Shown: positions 38,554 through 48,847 of the stretch, piece after piece
Layout: each line of letters opens with the position of its first letter
Position numbering within the stretch: position 1 is the stretch's first letter
IMG/VR virus record: IMGVR_UViG_3300031852_000001
Location: 1,107 to 65,106 of that record
Direction: 5' to 3' (one strand)
Length of the DNA: 64,000 bases
DNA from: a virus
Lineage: Duplodnaviria > Caudoviricetes
The notes under the pieces: model-generated
What the model was told of the DNA's origin: nothing
What the model saw: the letters and a program-made list of their open reading frames with translations, nothing else
Database searches by the model: none
Translations under genes and position numbers: made by a program

Positions 38554-39730
38554 TCCAGATCACCTCTCCCGTCTCATCGTTTATTTTTGCATCTCCACGC
38601 GCAACCGCTTTACACACGGCTTTCCATTCGCTGGTCGTCCTGAGCTGCGCCTGCTGGCGGCGCTCCTGCTCGATGCCCTGGCGCTCCACTTCCACGCGGC
38701 GCTTAGCCTTCAACTCGCGGGCACGGACCAGCTCCCGCTGCGTCCGACTCATCATCGGCCGGCCGTCGATCATCCAGGCCTGCAGCCGGTGCTGCATCCA
38801 GCGGCCGACGTCGAGGATCCCGGTAGCGCCGTCGTGTGGCCACTTGCTGCCATCGGGCTTGGTGTCCAGGGCTCGGGCAATGTCGATGATGGTCCAGCCC
38901 TTCCGGAAGAAGGGGCGGCACCTGGTGGCCACGTCTGCCGTGGTGGTGCGCCGTAGCGCAAAAAACCTTAGCTGAAGCTCAGTTGCAGCTTGCAACTCAC
39001 TCTCCCGGCAGGCACCCTTGGCCCCTGCGCTTTTGGTCGTTCGGGAACCATGCCACCGCTCTTGCGGCCGAGAGGCTGTTGCTGCCACGCGCGGCGAGCC
39101 GCTAGGCGAGGCCTCAAAAGTCTGTCGTGGCGTAGCCACGTCCTTTATGGATTGTGGTACGCTCGCGTACGCCCGCGCCTGGGGGGCAATTACTTCGTAA
39201 TCGCCGGTAGCAGTGCCACTTTTATCCACAGACTTTAGAGGCGATGGAACCAGCAGTACGTAGATGGCGCGTTCGTTGATATCTTTCTGCGGCGTGTACT
39301 GAGCCTGCCGGCCCTTGGCCACGGTGCCCAGGAGTCCAGCCTTATGCAGCCTGGCACGGATGCGGTTGATGGTGCTGCGGGACAGTCCCGTCTCCCGAAT
39401 CAGATACTCCCACCCTGGGCTCACTGTCATTGATGTGTGGTCAACTGACCTGGCGATTACCCGGACAAAGGTGATGATGTTGCGACGGCACTGCGCGTTG
39501 GCAGACAGGTAGTCGTCATGCTGCATGACGTGCTTTACCCAGTACTCGGCGTACGCCGGCCGTGAGGCTCCCCTGGGGATGGCTTTGGCTACGGCCAGCG
39601 GGCCGCGCTCGAAGTTGCGGTTGACCCGCTTCTTGTACTTCTTCTCCGGGTACAGCCGTTCGCCTTTGCGGCGCCTTTTTCGGCGTGTCGGGAGGTCTTG
39701 TGGCAGCTCAAAGAGAGCATCTGCTAACAT
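38531..39730 (-). CDS. repA: Plasmid-type replication initiator
   Basis: PGWEYLIRETGLSRSTINR wHTH, ERAIYVL, KGWTIIDIARALD; resembles actinobacterial plasmid Rep. Confidence 0.8.
   Translation of the reverse strand: MLADALFELPQDLPTRRKRRRKGERLYPEKKYKKRVNRNFERGPLAVAKAIPRGASRPAYAEYWVKHVMQHDDYLSANAQCRRNIITFVRVIARSVDHTSMTVSPGWEYLIRETGLSRSTINRIRARLHKAGLLGTVAKGRQAQYTPQKDINERAIYVLLVPSPLKSVDKSGTATGDYEVIAPQARAYASVPQSIKDVATPRQTFEASPSGSPRVAATASRPQERWHGSRTTKSAGAKGACRESELQAATELQLRFFALRRTTTADVATRCRPFFRKGWTIIDIARALDTKPDGSKWPHDGATGILDVGRWMQHRLQAWMIDGRPMMSRTQRELVRARELKAKRRVEVERQGIEQERRQQAQLRTTSEWKAVCKAVARGDAKINDETGEVIWNAGRVRD
39222..39230 (+). promoter_or_regulatory. Perfect DnaA box inside repA
   Basis: TTATCCACA. 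Confidence 0.65.
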
Positions 39731-39736
39731 AGGGTT

Positions 39737-39832
39737 TACTTCCTGGCGAGGGAGTACAAATGGCTGAATCGTTTGGTGCGATTCGGTAAGAATTGAAGAG
39801 GCTCACCCCGGCAAGGGTGGGCCTCTTTCTTT
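39737..39832 (+). ncRNA. Candidate antisense RNA to repA leader
   Basis: Extended -10 TGCTAACAT (39722-39730); terminator hairpin 39796-39827 plus T-tract. Confidence 0.4.
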
Positions 39833-40049
39833 ATGCGGCTGGCAAGTCAAGCTCCTGTTGTGTGTCTGTGTGACCCGGTGCCGGCATTGGCATCAGATAG
39901 GAAAGTCCAACATATTCCGAAAGGATAGCAGAGATATAGTCCCCATACGGGACGCCTGCTGCCTTCGCTCGGGCGCGGATAATAGCGCCTACCTCCACTG
40001 GAGGCCTGGTCATCATAGGGTCGCGGTGACCCTTGAATTTCGGTGCCAT
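39831..40049 (-). CDS. CopG/RHH-like small regulator upstream of repA
   Basis: KGHRDPMMTRPP...GVPYGDYISAIL pattern seen upstream of actinobacterial plasmid rep genes. Confidence 0.6.
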   Translation of the reverse strand: MAPKFKGHRDPMMTRPPVEVGAIIRARAKAAGVPYGDYISAILSEYVGLSYLMPMPAPGHTDTQQELDLPAA

Positions 40050-40181
40050 ACAGCCATCTAACACCCTGTTGCAGCAACAGTATGGATTCCCTCGGCGTGT
40101 CGGTTGACCTGCGTGTTTGTTAAGTTCTGAGATGCGTGGAATAGACTATGCGGTAAGTAAGCGTAGAAAGAGGGGGAGCCC

Positions 40182-40427
40182 ATGCCATACCGAACCAAGT
40201 GCGTAAAGTGCCCAAAGGACACTGCCAAGGATGCGGCGTTGAAGTGGACGCTGTTCAATGGTCAGGTATCGGTCATCGCTCCGCTCTGCGTTGAGCACAT
40301 GGCTCCGCTGACTGAGCTGGTAAACATTCTCGGCCCCCGGCCGCTCCTGCAGACCGGCGCGATGGAGGTTGTGACCACCCGCAAGGTGAAGGTCAGCCCC
40401 ATCGAGGGCTGGGTCAAGCCTGAGTGA
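40182..40427 (+). CDS. Small Cys-rich hypothetical protein
   Basis: CxxC and LCVEH; RBS GAGGGGG. Confidence 0.6.
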   Translation: MPYRTKCVKCPKDTAKDAALKWTLFNGQVSVIAPLCVEHMAPLTELVNILGPRPLLQTGAMEVVTTRKVKVSPIEGWVKPE

Positions 40428-40930
40428 TGGAAGAGGGTAGCCCGGACTGGATTGAGGCTGAGGTAAACAAGGCCATCGCCAACATGGAGCGGGAGATTGC
40501 CGCTGGCATCTTCCTCCCGCCCGCGCCGTCGCCGTCAGTGACGGCCCAAATGCGGAAGCTGCGCGGCGACTACGGCCCCCGCTACTACAACATGGATGGC
40601 AAGCCCATCGACATGATGGAGTGGGCTGCGATGTACGAGCGGAACAATCGCCATGTTGGGGACACCTGCGTCAAATTCCGGGGGCACACCTACCGCGTGT
40701 CCACCGTCCTGCTGGGGCTGGACCATTCGTTCATGGGTGGCCCGCCGCTCATCTTTGAAACGATGGTGTTTGAGGATGGCGACATGGGAGGCTTGGACTA
40801 CATGCGCCGCTACTCCACCAAGGAGCAAGCCCGCAAGGGCCATCGTGAGGCTGTCCGATGGGTGCGCGGGATGATTCGGGAAACAACCATGCCGGCCAAG
40901 CCCCTCATCCACAATGGCCACAAGCCATGA
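40424..40930 (+). CDS. Hypothetical phage protein ending KPLIHNGHKP
   Basis: VSTVLLGLDH..PPLIFETMVF family motif. Confidence 0.7.
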   Translation: MMEEGSPDWIEAEVNKAIANMEREIAAGIFLPPAPSPSVTAQMRKLRGDYGPRYYNMDGKPIDMMEWAAMYERNNRHVGDTCVKFRGHTYRVSTVLLGLDHSFMGGPPLIFETMVFEDGDMGGLDYMRRYSTKEQARKGHREAVRWVRGMIRETTMPAKPLIHNGHKP

Positions 40931-41073
40931 AGCGGACAGTTACCGTCCACCTAGCCACGCTCGGCGTAACTATTCACGGGCTTACCATGCGTGAGTTCAA
41001 GCGACTCAAGACCCGGTATCAGCGCGAGGTTCTGCGTCGGAAGCCGCTTATTCACAACGGCCACAAGCCATGA
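40927..41073 (+). CDS. 48-aa protein ending KPLIHNGHKP
   Basis: ATGA overlaps at both ends. Confidence 0.65.
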   Translation: MKRTVTVHLATLGVTIHGLTMREFKRLKTRYQREVLRRKPLIHNGHKP

Positions 41074-41195
41074 GCCGCAAGGGCTGTTACATGATCGTGG
41101 ACTGGGATGCCAGCTACACCGTTTGCAAGAAGTGCGGGTTTGTCCGCCGCGCATGGTGGCATAAGCCACTGATCCACAAGGGGGGAAAGCCATGA
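41070..41195 (+). CDS. 41-aa Cys protein ending KPLIHKGGKP (not in ORF track)
   Basis: Manual translation; ATGA overlaps. Confidence 0.65.
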   Translation: MSRKGCYMIVDWDASYTVCKKCGFVRRAWWHKPLIHKGGKP

Positions 41196-41383
41196 AAGAC
41201 ATGATTGGGGATGCTATCTCCTGCACGCTGTGTGTGATCGCTGCGGCCACGCTTGCGCCGCTGTCCGCGACGATGCGGGACAACGGGGCTCCGGACTGGC
41301 TTGCCCTCACATTCCTGGTGATAGCCGGCGTTTCCGTCCTTACCGGCGCATTCTTCGCCTGGCGATTGGCGCGGCGAGCATGA
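41192..41383 (+). CDS. Membrane protein
   Basis: Two TM segments. Confidence 0.65.
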   Translation: MKDMIGDAISCTLCVIAAATLAPLSATMRDNGAPDWLALTFLVIAGVSVLTGAFFAWRLARRA

Positions 41384-41763
41384 CGAGCCTGAGCCCCCTG
41401 GTCATCCGTAAGCGTCTCGGCCGCGAGCACTGGGGACCGCCCATGCCATTCGGTGATGCCGGTTGGAGGCTGGATCACCGCGTGCTGAAGGGCCGGATCA
41501 TCGTCACCGAATCCGAGTTGACCAAGATTGGTGCCCCGGCAGGGCAGGAGTGGATCCACGCATCCATAAGCTGGGATGACGACCTGCCCACCTACTCCGA
41601 TCTGACGATGCTGCACAAGGCTGTTTGGGATAATGGCTACGCCTACCAGGTGTTTGCCCCGCCGTCACAGCATGTGAACATTGCCAAGCACGCACTCCAC
41701 CTTTGGGGACTGTCGGACGGCAGTCCCATTCTCCCTGAGTTCGGGAAGTTCGGCACGATATGA
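41380..41763 (+). CDS. Conserved hypothetical phage protein
   Basis: WIHASIS, HVNIAKHALHLW motif. Confidence 0.7.
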   Translation: MTSLSPLVIRKRLGREHWGPPMPFGDAGWRLDHRVLKGRIIVTESELTKIGAPAGQEWIHASISWDDDLPTYSDLTMLHKAVWDNGYAYQVFAPPSQHVNIAKHALHLWGLSDGSPILPEFGKFGTI

Positions 41764-42047
41764 CGCACGAATACATAGAGTCGGGATCCGGATTCTGCGC
41801 CCGCTGTGACGCGATGCCTGGTGAAGGCGTCCACGTTTCCGCCCGGATGATGAGCACAGGCGTTCCTAGCACCCTGGGTAACTGGTATGCCATGAGCAAG
41901 GCCTTCTTTGGCGAGGACTCCAAGGCAACCCTGTTCCTCAAGGAGAAGATGGACGCTCAGGGGCCGAATGAGGAAGTCATCTCAGACGAGGGGCAGCTAC
42001 TCCACGCGCTGGTGATGATGGACCGTGACGACGATGCACGTACCTGA
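41760..42047 (+). CDS. Hypothetical protein
   Basis: Coupled ORF. Confidence 0.6.
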   Translation: MTHEYIESGSGFCARCDAMPGEGVHVSARMMSTGVPSTLGNWYAMSKAFFGEDSKATLFLKEKMDAQGPNEEVISDEGQLLHALVMMDRDDDART

Positions 42048-42222
42048 GGAAAGCCTGGTCAAATACCGCGAGCTGATGAACGTAGCACGGCGATATGACA
42101 GCCTGGCCAACCGCGCGTCGGGCGTTGGGCATTATGGTGAGGCCAATAGGCTGTGGGCAATAGCCGGCCAACACAGAGCAAAGGCGCAAGAGTTGCGCGT
42201 GCCCGGTAAGGATGGAAAATGA
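42034..42222 (+). CDS. Hypothetical protein
   Basis: Coupled ORF. Confidence 0.5.
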   Translation: MHVPEESLVKYRELMNVARRYDSLANRASGVGHYGEANRLWAIAGQHRAKAQELRVPGKDGK

Positions 42223-42404
42223 CCTGGACCCAACCGTTTTGTGATCCGTGCTGGAAGGCGGAGGAGGGGGATCGGGAGCCCGTCCGACTGGCCCCGCATG
42301 TGAGGGCCATTAGGCGGTGCTGCATGTGCGGGAAGGATACCCTGTCTGGCATCTACGCTCGGCGGGATCCGGCCCTGGTCTACTTCCCCACCACCGATGA
42401 CTGA
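42219..42404 (+). CDS. Small Cys-rich protein
   Basis: CDPCW...CCMCG..SGIYARRDP. Confidence 0.65.
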   Translation: MTWTQPFCDPCWKAEEGDREPVRLAPHVRAIRRCCMCGKDTLSGIYARRDPALVYFPTTDD

Positions 42405-42624
42405 CGACCTGGACCGCGCTGAAGCCCTGGTCAAGAGGATCCTGGGAGGGGTTGTTGTGCTCCAGTCTGAGACGCCCATCTATGATGAGCTGATAAAGGC
42501 CGGCCACTGGAAGATCCAGACAGCCGGCCATCAGCACTTTTGGGAAGAGCACCGGAAGTGGGGTGGAACAGTGATTACCCGCTGCCTGCTGTGCTACCAC
42601 TACAAGGGGGATCGGAGTGGGTAG
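42397..42624 (+). CDS. Hypothetical protein
   Basis: Coupled ORF. Confidence 0.55.
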   Translation: MTDDLDRAEALVKRILGGVVVLQSETPIYDELIKAGHWKIQTAGHQHFWEEHRKWGGTVITRCLLCYHYKGDRSG

Positions 42625-42868
42625 GCTCAACCGCCACGTAACCGTGGCCATCGTCTCCAGCCCGGAGGGTGTCATGCCGGCCATCCGTCACTCCCTGGAG
42701 TCCCATGGGTACGGTGCCCACTCCAGACTTGCAGAGCACCTTGGCTGCAGCAAGAAGCACCTGAGCCAGATGATGCTGGGAAAGGCCGGCGTCTCCCTGC
42801 AGATGCTCTTTGAAATGCTCGAATACCTGGAGATAGCCATGGTACTTAGCCCGGAGGAAAAGTTATGA
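42617..42868 (+). CDS. XRE/Cro-like HTH protein
   Basis: SRLAEHLGCSKKHLSQMMLGKAGVS. Confidence 0.7.
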   Translation: MGRLNRHVTVAIVSSPEGVMPAIRHSLESHGYGAHSRLAEHLGCSKKHLSQMMLGKAGVSLQMLFEMLEYLEIAMVLSPEEKL

Positions 42869-43606
42869 ACCCAGGAGATGAGAGGGATCGCCCGGCCCAT
42901 CGAGCCACGGTCCCCCCTTCGCGTACACGCCTCGGTTTATGGCGGAAACCACCCCGCGAAAGCTCGGGCCAACCGCGACACCGACGAGATTCTTTGTTGG
43001 ATCGGGATGGGCGGCAAGGTCCATCACCGACGAGTCGGCCGGCGAGCCCGTAATCTTCAGATCCTTGCAGCGGGTGATGATATCCAGGTTGAACGCTACC
43101 GGCCCGTCCGGAGCTGGGCAGGAGTTCACCTGGTCAATCAGATCCTCAACGCGGTCAAAGATGCCAGGGCTCCCCTCCATCCCGGTAGTCAGATCCCACT
43201 CATCGCCGTCTGCCAGCTCTCCCAGGAAGTCCTCACCATACTGGACGATCATGGAGCGCTTGTGCTCAATGTCTACGCCCACCGCAGCGTCACGCGCGGC
43301 CGACGTCGAACGGATGGCTGAGCCCAGCTTGGTCAGGTCATCTACCAGGTCCGTCTTTTCCTGGTTCACGCCCAGGACTCGAATCTCCGCGTAGCCATCC
43401 TCGGTGCCAGACTCAACCTCCATCCAGTCCAGGCCGGCAGTGAATTGGCTGACGCCAATGGCCATGAGCTGGCCCTTCCCCCGGTCGGCGTCCCAGGTGT
43501 AGCGCAGGTAGACGAGTGGCTGGACGGGCTTCTTGCCCTTGGCCATGGTGAGCGCGTTGTGCAGGAGGTTGGCAAGCGCCTTGGGGTTGGCGCGGAAGCT
43601 CACCAT
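42863..43606 (-). CDS. Hypothetical protein
   Basis: 247-aa ORF with RBS. Confidence 0.65.
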   Translation of the reverse strand: MVSFRANPKALANLLHNALTMAKGKKPVQPLVYLRYTWDADRGKGQLMAIGVSQFTAGLDWMEVESGTEDGYAEIRVLGVNQEKTDLVDDLTKLGSAIRSTSAARDAAVGVDIEHKRSMIVQYGEDFLGELADGDEWDLTTGMEGSPGIFDRVEDLIDQVNSCPAPDGPVAFNLDIITRCKDLKITGSPADSSVMDLAAHPDPTKNLVGVAVGPSFRGVVSAINRGVYAKGGPWLDGPGDPSHLLGS

Positions 43607-43842
43607 AGCTGCCTCTGGAAGCCGGTCACCAGCTCTGGCTCCGAGTGCTCACGAGCAATACTTGCTTGAGTAAATACGTCGCCGCCCGGTTCCTCATTTA
43701 CGTCATCACTTGACTGCGTAGTGCAGTGCTTGTGTAGTTCAGTGAATGAGTGAATAAGTGAACGCCACTTCACTCGGTGGGACCGGCCGTCAATCCCGAT
43801 GAACGCGCCGCACTTGCAGTTCATGCCCACGGTGTACCTCAC
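43600..43842 (-). CDS. Hypothetical protein
   Basis: GTGA overlap; CKC...HC. Confidence 0.5.
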   Translation of the reverse strand: MRYTVGMNCKCGAFIGIDGRSHRVKWRSLIHSFTELHKHCTTQSSDDVNEEPGGDVFTQASIAREHSEPELVTGFQRQLW

Positions 43843-43952
43843 AGGCCGGCCTCTTCCCGGTCGGCCAGCTCGGCGCGGGAGAGCTGGTTGTAGTAGTACC
43901 ACTGTGCAGCCTCGTACTGCTCCTGCTCGGACAGGGTTACGTTCTTGCTCAT
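43839..43952 (-). CDS. 37-aa hypothetical protein (not in ORF track)
   Basis: MSKNVTLSEQEQ...; coupled at both ends. Confidence 0.5.
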   Translation of the reverse strand: MSKNVTLSEQEQYEAAQWYYYNQLSRAELADREEAGL

Positions 43953-44509
43953 GCGTAAGACCTCACTGTGTCTATCGCCCGCAGCTTCGCCTCGGCACGG
44001 CTTGCGCGGCCGGCCAGGTAGACAACGAAACGGTCATCAAATGTTTGGGGGAGGGTGCTCCGATGTGGAGCGTTGACGGCCCAGCGGAGCCGCTGGGTGC
44101 CGAAGAGAGCGGAGTTGTCGTACTCCAGGAGGCCGCAGCCCTCGGGCAGCTCATCCTTCCGGATCATGCCCTTGGGGGCCACGTACGCGAACCGATGCAC
44201 CATCGAGTGCCACGCCTGGCGCTTGCCAGGATCCCGCAGCTCCCGCTGGAAGTCTGCGCGGCTGACCTTCACTTCCAGGCCAATCCGTTCATACGGGATC
44301 TTCACGCCGCGAACCGACGTCTTGATAAGCAGCATGTCGATCCGGCGTACCGTGGGGCCGGCTACGCGGCGTCGGCCGCGACGGGAGAGAGCCTTCCCGC
44401 CCATCGCAGCCAGGTCATCGATGCTGACTTCCCGTAGGGCAATCCATCCGGTCTGCTCCACCAGGTACTTCTGGAACAGTGCAGCCTCAATGTCCTTGGT
44501 GACGCTCAC
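43949..44509 (-). CDS. MmcB-like PD-(D/E)XK endonuclease
   Basis: RRIDML, LEVKVSRADF, LPEGCGLL. Confidence 0.75.
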   Translation of the reverse strand: MSVTKDIEAALFQKYLVEQTGWIALREVSIDDLAAMGGKALSRRGRRRVAGPTVRRIDMLLIKTSVRGVKIPYERIGLEVKVSRADFQRELRDPGKRQAWHSMVHRFAYVAPKGMIRKDELPEGCGLLEYDNSALFGTQRLRWAVNAPHRSTLPQTFDDRFVVYLAGRASRAEAKLRAIDTVRSYA

Positions 44510-44838
44510 GCCTTCTTGCCTCCGAAGTAGGGCACTGCCAGCCCCTCGTTGACCAGGGACACGTTTACCGGGGGGCCAACAGGGGGCCACACAGCGGCCA
44601 GGTATCGGCCGTACTTGTCGCTCTTGCTGGTCTGAATGAACACGTCACTGCCGACAGGGGCCAGCACGCCGGCCCTTGCCGATGCGTCGTAATAGCCAGG
44701 GTGCCCGCGCTCGGGGGTGTCGATGCCGTCAAGCCTGAAATGGTCCTGGAACCGCAAGCGGAATCCCAGGTCTACATCAAGTTCTACGGTGTCTCCATCT
44801 ACCCAGCGCACAACCTTTGCGTTGTACTCATAGGTCAT
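44506..44838 (-). CDS. Thermonuclease (SNase-like)
   Basis: VDGDT, RLDGIDTPE, DKYGRYLA, GLA..Y. Confidence 0.9.
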   Translation of the reverse strand: MTYEYNAKVVRWVDGDTVELDVDLGFRLRFQDHFRLDGIDTPERGHPGYYDASARAGVLAPVGSDVFIQTSKSDKYGRYLAAVWPPVGPPVNVSLVNEGLAVPYFGGKKA

Positions 44839-45554
44839 ACGGCCACGTAGCCGTTCTTTCGGAACAGGTCCATCACGGTCGGGTAGTGGTCCTGAACGTG
44901 CGCGGCCACCTGGAGCGCTGCCAGCTCAATCTCATGCTGAGGCTTGGAGCGGTACGTTGCATCCTCGCCCCAGTCCACCCGCAGCGACAGGAAGTTCAGG
45001 ATTGAACGCAGGTTCGCCGTGTAGTAGATGGTGGAGAACAGGCCCACAGGCAGGGGGATCCTGGCAACCTCGCGGGAGATGCCGCCCTGCAGCATTCGCT
45101 GGTACTCGCCCCAGGCCACGGTGTAGACCTTCTCAAAGGAGTCCTGGACCAGGAGGAACTGTTCCACGGTGCCCAGCTCGAAGTCGTAGGCACCAACCTT
45201 GCCAACCTGAGTGATCTTGCGTTCGATGGCCGGCATGTAGAAGCGGCCCTCAAGCTCCCGGTAGCGGCCTGACTCTTCATTGAAGCTGGACAGGCGGTGC
45301 CGCAGCAGCTCGCGTGTCACGAAAATGGGCGCCTCAATGCGGAAGGTCATGGTGCAGTGCTCGAACGGGGATGCGTGCCCGTTGTTGTAGAGGTAGGCCA
45401 GGAGTCCCTTGGACTCAGTTGCCTCGGCCGCAGCGCCCAGGGTGGATACCCTGGCGGCACGGACGATGGATGCCTCAGTGCCCATGTGGTCGATGAGCTG
45501 GACTGTGACGTCGCTGGAGAATTGCGGTGCGGCTACTGCCGTAACAGTGGTCAT
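44835..45554 (-). CDS. thyX: Flavin-dependent thymidylate synthase
   Basis: HASPFEH, RHRLSSFNEESGRY (RHRx7S), QHEI. Confidence 0.95.
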   Translation of the reverse strand: MTTVTAVAAPQFSSDVTVQLIDHMGTEASIVRAARVSTLGAAAEATESKGLLAYLYNNGHASPFEHCTMTFRIEAPIFVTRELLRHRLSSFNEESGRYRELEGRFYMPAIERKITQVGKVGAYDFELGTVEQFLLVQDSFEKVYTVAWGEYQRMLQGGISREVARIPLPVGLFSTIYYTANLRSILNFLSLRVDWGEDATYRSKPQHEIELAALQVAAHVQDHYPTVMDLFRKNGYVAV

Positions 45555-45560
45555 GGTTCC

Positions 45561-46915
<1,355 letters not shown>

Positions 46916-46929
<14 letters not shown>

Positions 46930-47176
46930 CTGCCTGACTCTCCAAAAACTGCTTGAGGCCCAGTATGTATGCAGCCATGGGCGGCAGTGCTACCTCAACT
47001 ACAGAGGCCTTGCTGATGATGAGTGATTCATCGTCGTGGGCCAGGACAATCTCAGTCTGATCCTCGGTCTGGACGACGACGGCGAGGTTACCGGAGATGG
47101 TGCCTTCGGCAACCTCGAAGGACACGTTGGAGCCGATGTTGCGAATGTCGAGCTGGCCAGCAGTCATACTAGGCAT
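46916..47176 (-). CDS. Hypothetical protein
   Basis: RBS AAAGGAAAG. Confidence 0.6.
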
Positions 47177-47198
47177 GGTGGACTTTCCTTTGGTCAAT

Positions 47199-47214
47199 AT
47201 ATACGTTGGACATT
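47199..47214 (-). promoter_or_regulatory. Copy of repeated motif AATGTCCAACGTATAT
   Basis: Immediately before RBS. Confidence 0.55.
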
Positions 47215-47554
47215 ACAGGGAAAAAATATTCGTTGCAACCTTGGGGAAGAGGATCCTCCGCTGCTCAGCTACAACGTACCGCAGCTCCCTTGGGGAGAGC
47301 GGGATGATGACCAGGCGGGGCAGGTCATCGGGGTAGAACGGGATGGGAACAACGTCGGCGTACTCGTCGTGTTCCTGCAGCCAGTCATTCCTGGCCTTAG
47401 CCGGCCTTTTGCGAAGCTCTCTGGATGGTGGGCTGTACTTCAGCACGGTACGCCTGGACACGCTAAGCAGCGTGGCCACGGTGGCTACCGGGATACCCTC
47501 ATGTCGCAGCTCCGCTATCCGGGCTTGCTTATCTTGCGAGATTGGATCGGCCGT
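47213..47554 (-). CDS. HTH DNA-binding protein; inferred ACG start
   Basis: ARIAELRHEGIPVATVATLLSVSRRTV; AAGGAG 5 nt before ACG. Confidence 0.65.
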   Translation of the reverse strand, partial: TADPISQDKQARIAELRHEGIPVATVATLLSVSRRTVLKYSPPSRELRKRPAKARNDWLQEHDEYADVVPIPFYPDDLPRLVIIPLSPRELRYVVAEQRRILFPKVATNIFSL

Positions 47555-47621
47555 AACGTCTCCTTGTGGACAGCAAGACGCCCCGGCCCGTTACTGGACC
47601 GGGACGCCTCGGTATGTGGTG

Positions 47622-48545
47622 CTAAACGCCGGCAAGCTGGGCTTGCCCTGGCACTTCCTGCGAAGGTGCAGACTCGCCGGCAACGCGCTTACGCGGCTTC
47701 ACCTTGTGGCGGTCGTAAGACTCGTAGTCGAGCTTGCGGATCTTGGCAACGCCGTCCGCGAACTCATGGAACTCCAGCCTGCTAGCGGACTTGTTCTTGT
47801 TGTAGATGCTGAGAAGCACCTTGGCCACGCCCTGAGCCCCCGTGCCGCCCTCAAGATCCTTGGTGGAGCGGCCCTTGACGGCCAGGTTCTCGGCGGTGAT
47901 CGACTGGAGCGCCTTGACCAGCTCGTCGGCGTCTACACGCTTACCGAACACCTGAATGATGAGCCCGATTCCCATAACCGTATTGGCTTGGAATGCCTTA
48001 CGCTCCTGGGTACCGTAGGCCCGGACCAGGATGGCGAGTACCGCTTCAACCAGGTCAAGACGCGGCTCGGATGCGTAGCTCATGAACCCACGGTAGACGC
48101 GCTCCAGGGAGACGATGGCGGCGAACATGCCGCCCGCGTGCTGGCCACCAGGCTTGAGCCCGTAGCGCTCCAGCGCATCTTTCATGGCAACTGCCGCAGG
48201 GTCACCCTTGGTTGCTCGAACCAGGAACTTGTCCAGCGCAGACACGGGCCGGCTGTTGTTCAGGTCCAGGAACAACTCTGCTTCTTCAGCGAGTGTCAGA
48301 CCCTCATACAGTCGTGTGGCAATGTAGCCATCGAAGTTTTTGCGCCGGCAAGCAGCCATGCGATGCTGGCCGTCCACGATGTAGCAGCGGCCATCGAGTC
48401 GCTTGGATGCGGTGAAGAGTCCAAGCATCATGGGCTTGAAGTTCTTCACAATCTTTTCAACGCGCGGCTCGTTGAGCTGACGCTGCACTGCCGGATCAAC
48501 CGAAAATTCGCTGGCCTTCATATCGACCAGGCTTGCTTTAGACAA
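47622..48545 (-). CDS. ParB/Srx-like DGQHR-domain protein
   Basis: VDPAVQRQL, IVDGQHR, EEAELFLDLN. Confidence 0.75.
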   Translation of the reverse strand: MSKASLVDMKASEFSVDPAVQRQLNEPRVEKIVKNFKPMMLGLFTASKRLDGRCYIVDGQHRMAACRRKNFDGYIATRLYEGLTLAEEAELFLDLNNSRPVSALDKFLVRATKGDPAAVAMKDALERYGLKPGGQHAGGMFAAIVSLERVYRGFMSYASEPRLDLVEAVLAILVRAYGTQERKAFQANTVMGIGLIIQVFGKRVDADELVKALQSITAENLAVKGRSTKDLEGGTGAQGVAKVLLSIYNKNKSASRLEFHEFADGVAKIRKLDYESYDRHKVKPRKRVAGESAPSQEVPGQAQLAGV

Positions 48546-48589
48546 GGTGAAACCTTCCTAACGGGTGTGCATGTATGTGGTTGTAGTGG

Positions 48590-48847
48590 CTAAGCAGCCT
48601 TGCTGATTGGAAAGTCTACCGTAGGTATATCAATCCCAACCATTCGGAGTATGTCCAAGCAAGCGCTCCGCGCAGGTTCCTCCAGGGTGGAGAACGCTTC
48701 AACCGCACGACGCTGACGTATCTCTTGCTCAGTAGGACTTACCCATCCCGTCTCCCGAACATACATCAAGAACGACTCTTCGTCTTGAGTTTCGGCCGCT
48801 TCCTGCAACTCTTGTGTGTCTGTGTAGATCGCCTTCATCGCGCCCAT
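48590..48847 (-). CDS. Hypothetical protein
   Basis: RBS GGGAG. Confidence 0.6.
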   Translation of the reverse strand: MGAMKAIYTDTQELQEAAETQDEESFLMYVRETGWVSPTEQEIRQRRAVEAFSTLEEPARSACLDILRMVGIDIPTVDFPISKAA

